Source: Thermoanaerobaculia bacterium
GTDB lineage: Bacteria > Acidobacteriota > Thermoanaerobaculia > Multivoradales > UBA5704
NCBI GenBank assembly: GCA_044226625.1
Contig: JBGAGQ010000108.1
Location: forward strand, 1-14,211
Direction of reading: 5' to 3'
DNA: 14,211 bases
Part shown: positions 1 to 10,307 of the stretch, piece by piece
How positions within the stretch are numbered: position 1 is the stretch's first letter
Layout: every line of letters begins with the position of its first letter
The notes under the pieces: generated by a model
Database searches by the model: none
What the model saw: the letters and a program-made list of their open reading frames with translations, nothing else
Told to the model about the DNA's origin: nothing
Position numbers and translations under genes: made by a program

Positions 1-1
1 A

Positions 2-1084
2 CTCAGCGACGATCGGATCGACTCGGCGACGGGGAGCGGAGACGACCGAGCGGATCTCGGTGGGGTGCGTCCGGAGACGATCTCCCGGTTGCTGGAGATC
101 CCGGGCGTGCAGCGGGTCGGCCGGGTCGTCTACGGCCAAGGGGCGCTCTCGTTCGATGGAGGAGGGGAGGGGGCCGCGCCCCGAGGGCCCGACGCCAAAC
201 CGGACGTCGAGGTGATCCTGCGCGGTGTCGATCCGGGCGGCGGCCAGCTCGCGGCGAGCGCCGAACAGATCGGCATCGGCCCGGACGGTCTCGCGGGCGT
301 GGTCCTCGGCAAAGAGCTTGCGACGCGCCTCGGGGCTCGGCAAGGGGCTGTCGTCCGGCTCGTCTCGCTCGGCCTCGGTGAGGGGCGCCCCCGTTTCCGG
401 TTTCGGAGCCTGCGCGTCACCGGCATCTTTTCGACCGGATTCGCCGAGTTCGACCAGAGTTGGGCGCTGCTCGCCCGCCCGGTGGTCGAAGAGCTGATGG
501 GGAGCGCCGCCGGCGCGGATCTTCTGGAGCTCACCTTGAACGACCCCGCCCGGGCGCGCGAGGTGGCCGACCAGGTGGAGGCGGCGCTCGGCTCCGGCTT
601 CCTGGTCTCGTCCTGGCAGGAGCTCAACAAGGAGCTGTTCGCCGCGCTGCGCCTCCAGCAGCTCGTCCTGTTCGGAGTGCTCGGTCTGATCGTCCTGGTC
701 TCGACGTTCAACGTGGCCTCGACCCTGGTCGTCCTGGTGAGGGAGCGGATGCGCGACCTCGGGGCGCTCGCCGCCCTCGGCCTCGAGCCGAAGCGGATGC
801 GGCGGACCTTCGTCCTGTTCGCCGCCGCGCTCGGCCTTGCGGGCACGACGATCGGAGTCGTCCTAGGCACCGGGGCCTGCTGGGTGCTCACGACGTTCCG
901 GCTGATTCGCTTCGAGCCCGAGATCGCGGCGATCTATTTCATCGACTACGTGCCGTTCCGGGTGGCGCCGAGCGACCTCGCGGCGATCGTAAGCTTCGCG
1001 CTGCTGGTGACGCTGCTCGCGGCGTGGGTTCCCGCCTGGCGGGCCGGACGGCTCGATCCTTCCGCTGCCTTACGTTACGAGTGA
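2..1084 (+). CDS. LolC/LolE-family (FtsX/MacB-like) ABC transporter permease, lipoprotein-releasing system type; 5'-truncated by the window edge
   Basis: The frame is open from position 2 to TGA at 1082-1084. Family motifs: 'GVVLGKELATRLG', 'VTGIFSTG..EFD', 'SWQELNKELFAAL', 'FNVASTLVVLVRERMRDLGALAALG', and the C-terminal 'PAWRAGRLDPSAALRYE'. The C-terminal half has several TM helices. Confidence 0.88.
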   Translation, partial: LSDDRIDSATGSGDDRADLGGVRPETISRLLEIPGVQRVGRVVYGQGALSFDGGGEGAAPRGPDAKPDVEVILRGVDPGGGQLAASAEQIGIGPDGLAGVVLGKELATRLGARQGAVVRLVSLGLGEGRPRFRFRSLRVTGIFSTGFAEFDQSWALLARPVVEELMGSAAGADLLELTLNDPARAREVADQVEAALGSGFLVSSWQELNKELFAALRLQQLVLFGVLGLIVLVSTFNVASTLVVLVRERMRDLGALAALGLEPKRMRRTFVLFAAALGLAGTTIGVVLGTGACWVLTTFRLIRFEPEIAAIYFIDYVPFRVAPSDLAAIVSFALLVTLLAAWVPAWRAGRLDPSAALRYE

Positions 1085-1109
1085 GCTGCGTCTCGCGGGA
1101 TCGGGAGAG

Positions 1110-1282
1110 ACGGTGGGGGGCCGACCCCGTGGGATCGACCCCTCGCCAACCAGCGCGGGGGCGGCTCCGAAGAACCGCTGCAAAGGTGGGCCAAAGAGGG
1201 ACGGAAGCTTTTAAGGTCTCCCGCCGGTGGGGACTCCGGCCCGACGGCGGACGCCGCCGGTGGGTCCCCGGGAGGCTTGGTC
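1110..1282 (-). ncRNA. Candidate structured small RNA (unassigned family)
   Basis: A perfect TATAAT lies just upstream on the minus strand (1289-1294). Minus-strand hairpins: GCGGUUC-UUCG-GAGCCGC (1161-1178), a G-U-containing 14-bp stem (1115-1144), and a nested domain at 1218-1274. Boundaries are approximate. Confidence 0.4.
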
Positions 1283-1288
1283 TATCGA

Positions 1289-1319
1289 ATTATACGCATA
1301 AAACGGGTCGATGTGTCTA
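1289..1319 (-). promoter_or_regulatory. Putative sigma70 promoter pointing leftward, divergent from the ClC gene
   Basis: The minus strand reads TAGACA (1319-1314), a 19-nt spacer, then TATAAT (1294-1289), in an AT-rich patch of an otherwise very GC-rich sequence. The spacer is longer than optimal. Confidence 0.5.
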
Positions 1320-1372
1320 TAGCTATTTGGAGCCTTTCGGAGAATCGTCACCGGTCGGCTAGATCGGGGGCC

Positions 1373-1381
1373 TGATACATT
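1373..1381 (+). promoter_or_regulatory. Putative extended -10 element for the ClC gene (very short leader)
   Basis: TG-a-TACATT ends 11 nt upstream of ATG 1393, with no Shine-Dalgarno sequence in between. Confidence 0.4.
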
Positions 1382-1392
1382 CCTTCTCGCCG

Positions 1393-3525
1393 ATGCCGGA
1401 GCCGACGCCCGATCGCGCCAAAGTCCTGTGGCAAAAGATCCTGGAACGGATCCAAACCTGGGACTTCGCGCTCGCGCGCCGCTTCGGTCTGGCGAGCCGC
1501 GAGGAGCGGATCTTCTATTTCCTGGTCGCCGCAACCGGCCTGACGGTCGGCTCGTTGGGCCTGGCGGTCGGTTGGCTCACCGATCTGCTCGAGCGCGCGC
1601 TCTGGGGCGACGCGCCGAATCTCCTGGCGGCGGCGCAGACGGCTCCTCCCTGGGTTCGGGTGGGCGCCCCGGTCGTCGGCGGCCTGCTGGTCGGACTGGT
1701 CCTCTGGCTCGGGCGCATGCGCGTCTCCGGGCACGGCACTTCCGGGCTGATCGAGGCGGTCGCGCTCCACGGTGGCCGGGTCGAGCCGAAGCCGGTATTC
1801 CTCGCCGCGGTCGCGGGCGTGGCGACCGTCGGGAGCGGCGGATCGCTCGGCCGTGAGGGACCGATGGTCTCGCTCGGCTCGATGCTCTCGAGCTGGCTCG
1901 GCGCGCGCTTCGGCCTCTCGCCGCAGCGGGTGAAGATCCTCCTCGGCTGCGGCGCGGCGGCCGGGGTCGCCTCGCTCTACAACACCCCGATCGGCGGCGC
2001 GCTGTTCGCGATGGAGGTGATCCTCGGCAATTTCGCGTTCGAGATCTTCGGTCCGATCGTCGTCTCCTCGGTGCTCTCGACGATCGTCGTCCGGACGGTC
2101 AACGGGACCGCTCCGATCTACGCCGTCCCGGATTACGCGCTGGTCTCCGCGCGCGAGCTGTTCGCCTACGTCGGCTTGGGGATCGTCGGCGGCCTCGCCT
2201 CGGCCTTATTCATCCAGGTCGCACGCGGCTCGGGGTGGCTGTTCCGGGCGTTGCACTTCGTGCCGCGACCGTTGCGTCCGGCCATCGGCATGTTGGGGGT
2301 CGGGGCGCTCGGGCTCTACGTTCCTTACGTCTACGGCAACGGTTTCGAGACGATCACCCTCGCGCTGCACGGCAAGCTGCCGATTCTCCTCCTGATCGCC
2401 CTTCCGGCCGCGAAGCTCGTCGCGACGGCGCTCACCAGCGGGAGCGGCTGCGCGGGGGGGATGTTCACCCCATCGCTCCTGGTCGGCGCGCTGGTGGGAG
2501 GCGCCTACGGCACGGGCATCCATGACCTCTGGCCGACCGTGACGGCCCCCGCGGGCGCCTATGCGGCCGTCGGCATGGCGGCGATCGCCGCGGGCACCAG
2601 CCACGCGCCGATCAGCGCGATCCTGATCGCGTTCGAGTTCACCGGGAACTACGGGCTGATCCTGCCGATGATGCTTGCCGCGATCACCTCGACGGTGCTC
2701 GCGCGGAAGCTCTACACCCCCTCGATCTACACCGAGTCGCTTGCTCGTCGCGGGGTGGACGTCTCGATGCGCATGGAGGAGGCGGCGCTCGCGGCGCTCA
2801 AGGCCGAGGACCTCGCTCGCCCCGATCCGGACACGCTCGCGCCGGGCGACGACTATCCGACCGTGGTCGAGAAGTTCCTGGCGGCCAGCCGCCAACGCCT
2901 GTTCGTGGTGAGCGCCGATAAGCGCCTGCTCGGAGCGATCTCGCTCCACGACATCAAGCACGTGCTGGAGGACCCCGAGACCCTGCCGATGGTCGTTGCC
3001 CACGACCTGATGCTGCCGGTCGAGAACGTGGTCCGGAAGAGCGAGCGCCTCCATCGCGCGACGGAGGTGTTCGCGGCGAGCTCCTTCGAACGCCTGCCGG
3101 TGATCGACGAGGGGAACCGCCTGGTCGGCGTGCTCGCCAAACGCGACCTGCTCGCCGTCTACGCTCAAGAGGTGTTGGGCCGCCCGGCCATGCTCGCCAA
3201 GTTCGTCTCCAGCCGGGACGACCAGACCAGCCGCGATTACGTCGAGCTTCCGCCGAACTTCGCGCTCGAGATGATGCCGGTCCCTCCCGAGCTGGTCGGC
3301 AAGACGCTCGCCGAAGCGAAGCTTCCCCAGATCTGGGGCGCCCGGGTGATCGAGCTCCGCAGGCGGAAGGCCTTCGGCGAAGAAGAGCACATGATCCCCG
3401 GCGGGGACACGACCCTCGAAGCGGGAGACCTCGTCGTCCTCATCGGACCCGCCGAGCGCCTCGAAAGGCTGGTCCGCGGCGAGCCCGCTATTCCCACCGA
3501 AGTCACCGCGGTCGCCGCGCCATGA
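1393..3525 (+). CDS. ClC-family chloride channel/transporter with a C-terminal CBS pair and TrkA_C (RCK_C) domain
   Basis: ClC signatures GSGGSLGREGP, YNTPIGGALFAMEVI, GSGCAGGMFTPSL, HAPISAILIAFEFT and SIYT. These are followed by CBS repeats ('LFVVSADKRLLGAISLHDI', 'LPVIDEGNRLVGVLAKRDLL') and a TrkA_C-like tail ('LVGKTLAEAKL...IPGGDTTLEAGDLVVLIG'). Confidence 0.93.
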   Translation: MPEPTPDRAKVLWQKILERIQTWDFALARRFGLASREERIFYFLVAATGLTVGSLGLAVGWLTDLLERALWGDAPNLLAAAQTAPPWVRVGAPVVGGLLVGLVLWLGRMRVSGHGTSGLIEAVALHGGRVEPKPVFLAAVAGVATVGSGGSLGREGPMVSLGSMLSSWLGARFGLSPQRVKILLGCGAAAGVASLYNTPIGGALFAMEVILGNFAFEIFGPIVVSSVLSTIVVRTVNGTAPIYAVPDYALVSARELFAYVGLGIVGGLASALFIQVARGSGWLFRALHFVPRPLRPAIGMLGVGALGLYVPYVYGNGFETITLALHGKLPILLLIALPAAKLVATALTSGSGCAGGMFTPSLLVGALVGGAYGTGIHDLWPTVTAPAGAYAAVGMAAIAAGTSHAPISAILIAFEFTGNYGLILPMMLAAITSTVLARKLYTPSIYTESLARRGVDVSMRMEEAALAALKAEDLARPDPDTLAPGDDYPTVVEKFLAASRQRLFVVSADKRLLGAISLHDIKHVLEDPETLPMVVAHDLMLPVENVVRKSERLHRATEVFAASSFERLPVIDEGNRLVGVLAKRDLLAVYAQEVLGRPAMLAKFVSSRDDQTSRDYVELPPNFALEMMPVPPELVGKTLAEAKLPQIWGARVIELRRRKAFGEEEHMIPGGDTTLEAGDLVVLIGPAERLERLVRGEPAIPTEVTAVAAP

Positions 3526-3737
3526 GCCTCTTGAAAGGGGCCGAGGCGAGAGGGAACCTCTCGCTCCTCTCCGCGCCGCCGGGACTCTGCGCCGACTGCC
3601 GGCACCTCTGGCTCGCCACCTCCGCTCGGAGCGCGTTCGTCCGCTGCGGTCTGGCGGAGGAGGATCCGCGGTTCTCGCGGTACCCCCCGCTGCCGGTACG
3701 GATGTGCGCAGGTTTCGAGCGGGTGGGGCGCTCCTGA
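3522..3737 (+). CDS. Small Cys-rich hypothetical protein (71 aa), possibly metal-binding
   Basis: ATGA overlap with the ClC stop codon suggests translational coupling. Motif pattern CADCRH...FVRC...DPRFSRYPPLPVRMCAGF contains 4 Cys. Confidence 0.65.
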   Translation: MSLLKGAEARGNLSLLSAPPGLCADCRHLWLATSARSAFVRCGLAEEDPRFSRYPPLPVRMCAGFERVGRS

Positions 3738-3771
3738 GGCTCGACGCCGAATTCGGTTCGGCGGGTGCGTC

Positions 3772-3985
3772 GAGCGTTTTTCTGACCGCCGAATTCGTTT
3801 TCGCGAGTCAGAACACCGATTCGCGATCGCGCAAGGCAATTTTTGGTGCCCGCGAGGGCTTTTCCGGTCGGCGAAAGTGATTTTCCGACCGCCGAAATCG
3901 GTTTTCCCACTGCCGAAATCGCTCGGCTGACTCAGGAACTGAATTCTCGGCCGCCAAAGCGAATTCGGCGCTCAGAAAAACGCTC
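3772..3985. repeat. ~214-bp element bounded by 26-bp inverted repeats (MITE-like or long hairpin)
   Basis: 3772-3797 (gagcgtttttctgaccgccgaattcg) matches the reverse complement of 3960-3985 at 25/26 positions. Confidence 0.8.
3858..3920. repeat. 3 x 21-bp degenerate tandem repeat
   Basis: gcttttccggtcggcgaaagt / gattttccgaccgccgaaatc / ggttttcccactgccgaaatc. Confidence 0.75.
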
Positions 3986-4026
3986 TGCTCGTCGGGAAAT
4001 TAGCTTCGCTGACCCCGAATCGACAG

Positions 4027-4122
4027 GATGCTGCGACTGAATCGACTGGATTCCGCGGCGAATCGGCTGGGCTCTGCGACCGAACCACTAGGTACTGCGG
4101 CGAAACGACTGGTTTCTGCGAC
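4027..4122. repeat. ~4.5 x 21-bp degenerate tandem repeat
   Basis: gatgctgcgactgaatcgact / ggattccgcggcgaatcggct / gggctctgcgaccgaaccact / aggtactgcggcgaaacgact / ggtttctgcgac. Confidence 0.65.
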
Positions 4123-4218
4123 GTGTCTTGCCAAGACGCTGACGATGGCAGGCACCCGAGATCGCGACGTTCCAAAGCCGGAGCCAAGTTCGCAGCCCTG
4201 GCGCCAGGTCGGCCCAAA

Positions 4219-4425
4219 AGCGCCGAAGGCGCGACCCATAATAGCCTGGGGCGCAGCCCCAGGAACCGAATCGAGCCAAGGCATCCCAAGGGCTGAAAGC
4301 CCGTTCCATCCTTCCTCCCCGACTCCAATCGAACGATGGAACGGGCCTTTGGCCCTTGAAAGCTGGTGTGCCCTGACAGTCCTGGGGCGCTGCCCCAGGC
4401 TGTTATGGGTCGCGCCTTCGGCGCT
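4219..4425. repeat. REP/REPIN-like compound inverted repeat
   Basis: Outer arms 4219-4264 and 4380-4425 match at 42/46 in reverse complement; inner arms 4288-4310 and 4335-4357 match at 20/23. Each arm is built from short palindromes: gcgcc-gaa-ggcgc, cctggggc-gca-gccccagg, gggct-gaa-agccc. Confidence 0.85.
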
Positions 4426-4534
4426 CTTCACCCCTCGGCCGCCGGTTGCCGCTTCATCAGCTTTCGAATCCGCTCCTCGGTCGTTCCGGCCCTCCGATAC
4501 GGGGAGGGGGGTGGGATAGACTCCGCCGCCGACC

Positions 4535-7624
<3,090 letters not shown>

Positions 7625-7633
7625 GGGGGCGCC

Positions 7634-8458
7634 ATGCCCGAGCTTCCCGAGATCGAGGTCCTGCGCCGGAGCTTGGAGCCGCACGTGCTCGGGGATCGGA
7701 TCGAGCGGGTGGAGGTTCGGGACGGGCGCCTGCGCGAGCCGGTCGACGCGCGCCAGCTGAAAAAGCGGGTGGCCGGTCATGGGATCGAGCGGTTGGATCG
7801 GCGAGGTAAGTACCTGCTGCTCGACCTCGACGACGGCTGGACGCTCGCGATCCACCTCGGCATGAGCGGCCGGTTCACCCTGGTTCCGGACGACGAGCCG
7901 CCCGAGGCGCACGAGCACATGGTGTTCCATCTGGCCTCGGGCAGGAAGCTGCGCTTGCGCGATCCGCGGCGGTTCGGGCTCGTCTTCGCGTACGAGACTG
8001 CGAAGCGGGAGGCCGATCCCCACTTCGCACATCTCGGCGTCGAGCCGCTCGCCTCTGGATTCTCGGGCGCGACGCTACGCGCGGCGGCTTGCGGGCGCCG
8101 AGGGCCCGTGAAGGCCTTTCTGATGGACGGGACCGTGGTGGTCGGCGCGGGCAACATCTACGCCGCCGAGTCGCTCTTTCGCGCGCGGATCCACCCGCTG
8201 CGCTCGGTCGCGCGGATCTCCGCGGAGCGGTGGGACCGCCTCGCCGACTCCCTGGTCGAGGTGCTTTGCCAGGCGGTCGAGCAGGGCGGGACGACGCTCA
8301 ACGACTTCGCCGACGGCGAGGGGCGGAGCGGGTACTTCCAGGTCTCGCTTTCGGTCTACGACCGCGAGGGCGAAGCGTGCGAACGTTGCGGCCGAACGAT
8401 CCGGAGAGTGGTCCTCGGCAACCGGAGCACGTACTTCTGCCCGGGCTGCCAGCGATAG
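7634..8458 (+). CDS. mutM: Formamidopyrimidine-DNA glycosylase / AP lyase (intact copy, 274 aa)
   Basis: N-terminal [28 protein letters not shown], an H2TH region '[18 protein letters not shown]', and a C-terminal zinc finger CERC...[11 protein letters not shown]. Confidence 0.95.
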   Translation: MPELPEIEVLRRSLEPHVLGDRIERVEVRDGRLREPVDARQLKKRVAGHGIERLDRRGKYLLLDLDDGWTLAIHLGMSGRFTLVPDDEPPEAHEHMVFHLASGRKLRLRDPRRFGLVFAYETAKREADPHFAHLGVEPLASGFSGATLRAAACGRRGPVKAFLMDGTVVVGAGNIYAAESLFRARIHPLRSVARISAERWDRLADSLVEVLCQAVEQGGTTLNDFADGEGRSGYFQVSLSVYDREGEACERCGRTIRRVVLGNRSTYFCPGCQR

Positions 8459-8469
8459 ACTCTCCATCT

Positions 8470-8649
8470 ATGCTCTCCACCATCGCCTCAACTCAGCCCC
8501 GCGTCCTCGGCGTCGCGGGAGGGACCGGTTCGGGAAAGACCACCGTCGTGCGCTCGATTCTGGAAGCGGTCGGCCGCGACCGGATCGCTTTGATCGAGCA
8601 GGACAACTACTACCGGGACGTCGATTGGACGACCGACGCCTCGCTGCTC
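8470..8649 (+). pseudogene. udk: 5' fragment (60 codons) of uridine kinase, fused in-frame to the carB tail
   Basis: MLSTIASTQPRVLGVAGGTGSGKTTVV...DNYYRDVDWTTDASLL matches the start of the full gene at 9649, then diverges at 8650. Confidence 0.85.
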
Positions 8650-8760
8650 GACATCCCCTGCATCACCACGCTCTCCGGCGCGATGGCCTGCGCCGAAGGG
8701 ATCGCCGCGCTCGGTCTCGACGCGCTGGAAGTCCGGTCGCTCCAGAGCATCAACCGGTAG
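8647..8760 (+). other. carB: Displaced C-terminal ~37 codons of CarB
   Basis: (L)DIPCITTLSGAMACAEGIAALGLDALEVRSLQSINR* has the typical CarB ending (IP..TT...A...V.SLQ). Joining it to 4535-7624 gives a ~1067-aa protein of normal CarB size. Confidence 0.9.
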
Positions 8761-8769
8761 GGGGGCGCC

Positions 8770-9592
8770 ATGCCCGAGCTTCCCGAGATCGAGGTCCTGC
8801 GCCGGAGCTTGGAGCCGCACGTGCTCGGGGATCGGATCGAGCGGGTGGAGGTTCGGGACGGGCGCCTGCGCGAGCCGGTCGACGCGCGCCAGCTGAAAAA
8901 GCGGGTGGCCGGTCATGGGATCGAGCGGTTGGATCGGCGAGGTAAGTACCTGCTGCTCGACCTCGACGACGGCTGGACGCTCGCGATCCACCTCGGCATG
9001 AGCGGCCGGTTCACCCTGGTTCCAGACGACGAGCCGCCCGAGGCGCACGAGCACATGGTGTTCCATCTGGCCTCGGGCAGGAAGCTGCGCTTGCGCGATC
9101 CGCGGCGGTTCGGGCTCGTCTTCGCGTACGAGACTGCGAAGCGGGAGGCCGATCCCCACTTCGCACATCTCGGCGTCGAGCCGCTCGCCTCTGGATTCTC
9201 GGGCGCGACGCTACGCGCGGCGGCTTGCGGGCGCCGAGGGCCCGTGAAGGCCTTTCTGATGGACGGGACCGTGGTGGTCGGCGCGGGCAACATCTACGCC
9301 GCCGAGTCGCTCTTTCGCGCGCGGATCCACCCGCTGCGCTCGGTCGCGCGGATCTCCGCGGAGCGGTGGGACCGCCTCGCCGACTCCTGGTCGAGGTGCT
9401 TTGCCAGGCGGTCGAGCAGGGTGGACGACGCTCAACGACTTCGCCGACGGCGAGGGGCGGAGCAGGTACTTCCAGGTCTCGCTTTCGGTCTACGACCGCG
9501 AGGGCGAAGCGTGCGAACGTTGCGGCCGAACGATCCGGAGAGTGGTCCTCGGCAACCGGAGCACGTACTTCTGCCCGGGCTGCCAGCGATAG
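8770..9592 (+). pseudogene. mutM: Second mutM copy in the native position, frameshifted by two 1-nt deletions (likely sequence errors)
   Basis: The protein is identical to 7634-8458 until 'WDRLADS'. Deletions at ~9387 and ~9422 shift the frame, and the zinc-finger end lies in another frame (9401-9592 ORF). Confidence 0.85.
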
Positions 9593-9662
9593 ACTCTCCA
9601 TCTATGCTCTCCACCTGCCCGGGCTGCCGGCGATAGAGCTCTCCATCTATGCTGCTCTCCAC
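9571..9662 (+). repeat. Imperfect 44/48-bp tandem duplication spanning the mutM stop and udk start
   Basis: ctgcccgggctgccagcgatagactctccatctatgctctccac (9571-9614) is followed by ctgcccgggctgccggcgatagagctctccatctatgctgctctccac (9615-9662). The second unit is absent from copy 1. Confidence 0.92.
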
Positions 9663-10293
9663 CATCGCCTCAACTCAGCCCCGCGTCCTCGGCGTCGCGG
9701 GAGGGACCGGTTCGGGAAAGACCACCGTCGTGCGCTCGATTCTGGAAGCGGTCGGCCGCGACCGGATCGCTTTGATCGAGCAGGACAACTACTACCGGGA
9801 CGTCGATTGGACGACCGACGCCTCGCTGCTCCACCACAACTTCGACCATCCGTCGGCGATCGACAACGAGCTGCTGGTCCAGCACGTCCGCTCACTGCGG
9901 GAGGGGCGCGCGGTCGAGGTGCCCATCTATGACTTCGTGCGCCACCGCCGGACCGACCGGACTCGTATCGTCGAGCCGCGGCCGGTCGTGCTGCTCGAAG
10001 GGATCCTCATCTTCGTCGAGCCGTCGCTTCGGGCGATCCAGGATTTCAAGGTCTACGTCGACACCGACGCGGACATCCGCCTGATCCGCCGCTTGACCCG
10101 CGATCTCGACGAGCGCGGACGGACGGTCGAGGACGTCCTGCGCCAGTACCAGGAGACTGTCCGTCCGATGCACCTCGAGTTCGTCGAGCCGTCGAAGCGG
10201 TGGGCGGACATCATCATCCCCGAAGGGGGCGAGAACCGCGTCGCGCTGGAGATGGTGGTCGCCCGGGTCGAGCAGCTGCTCGGCCAGCCGTAA
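9649..10293 (+). CDS. udk: Uridine kinase
   Basis: Walker A GVAGGTGSGKTT, QDNYY, NFDHPSAID, PIYDF, LEGIL, DADIRLIRRLTRD..ERGR, VRPMHLEFVEPSKRWADIIIPEGGEN. Confidence 0.96.
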   Translation: MLLSTIASTQPRVLGVAGGTGSGKTTVVRSILEAVGRDRIALIEQDNYYRDVDWTTDASLLHHNFDHPSAIDNELLVQHVRSLREGRAVEVPIYDFVRHRRTDRTRIVEPRPVVLLEGILIFVEPSLRAIQDFKVYVDTDADIRLIRRLTRDLDERGRTVEDVLRQYQETVRPMHLEFVEPSKRWADIIIPEGGENRVALEMVVARVEQLLGQP

Positions 10294-10307
10294 ACCGGGA
10301 CCGCGCA

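Larger units (their letters stand above)
8759..9831 (+). repeat. Copy 2 of the ~1.03-kb direct duplication
   Basis: Differences from copy 1: g>a at 9024, ccc>cc at 9386-9387, cg>t at 9422, g>a at 9464, and a 48-nt local duplication at 9615-9662. Confidence 0.97.

Noticed and set aside
3858-4122. CRISPR array
   Set aside because: The units are contiguous, degenerate 21-mers with no unique spacers, and there are no cas genes in the window.
9380-9430. Programmed frameshift in the second mutM copy
   Set aside because: Two separate 1-nt deletions relative to an intact duplicate, and no slippery heptamer.
10200-10307. 36-aa N-terminal extension of the MMT ORF from GTG 10200
   Set aside because: It overlaps the udk 3' end, and the MMT-like sequence begins just after ATG 10308.
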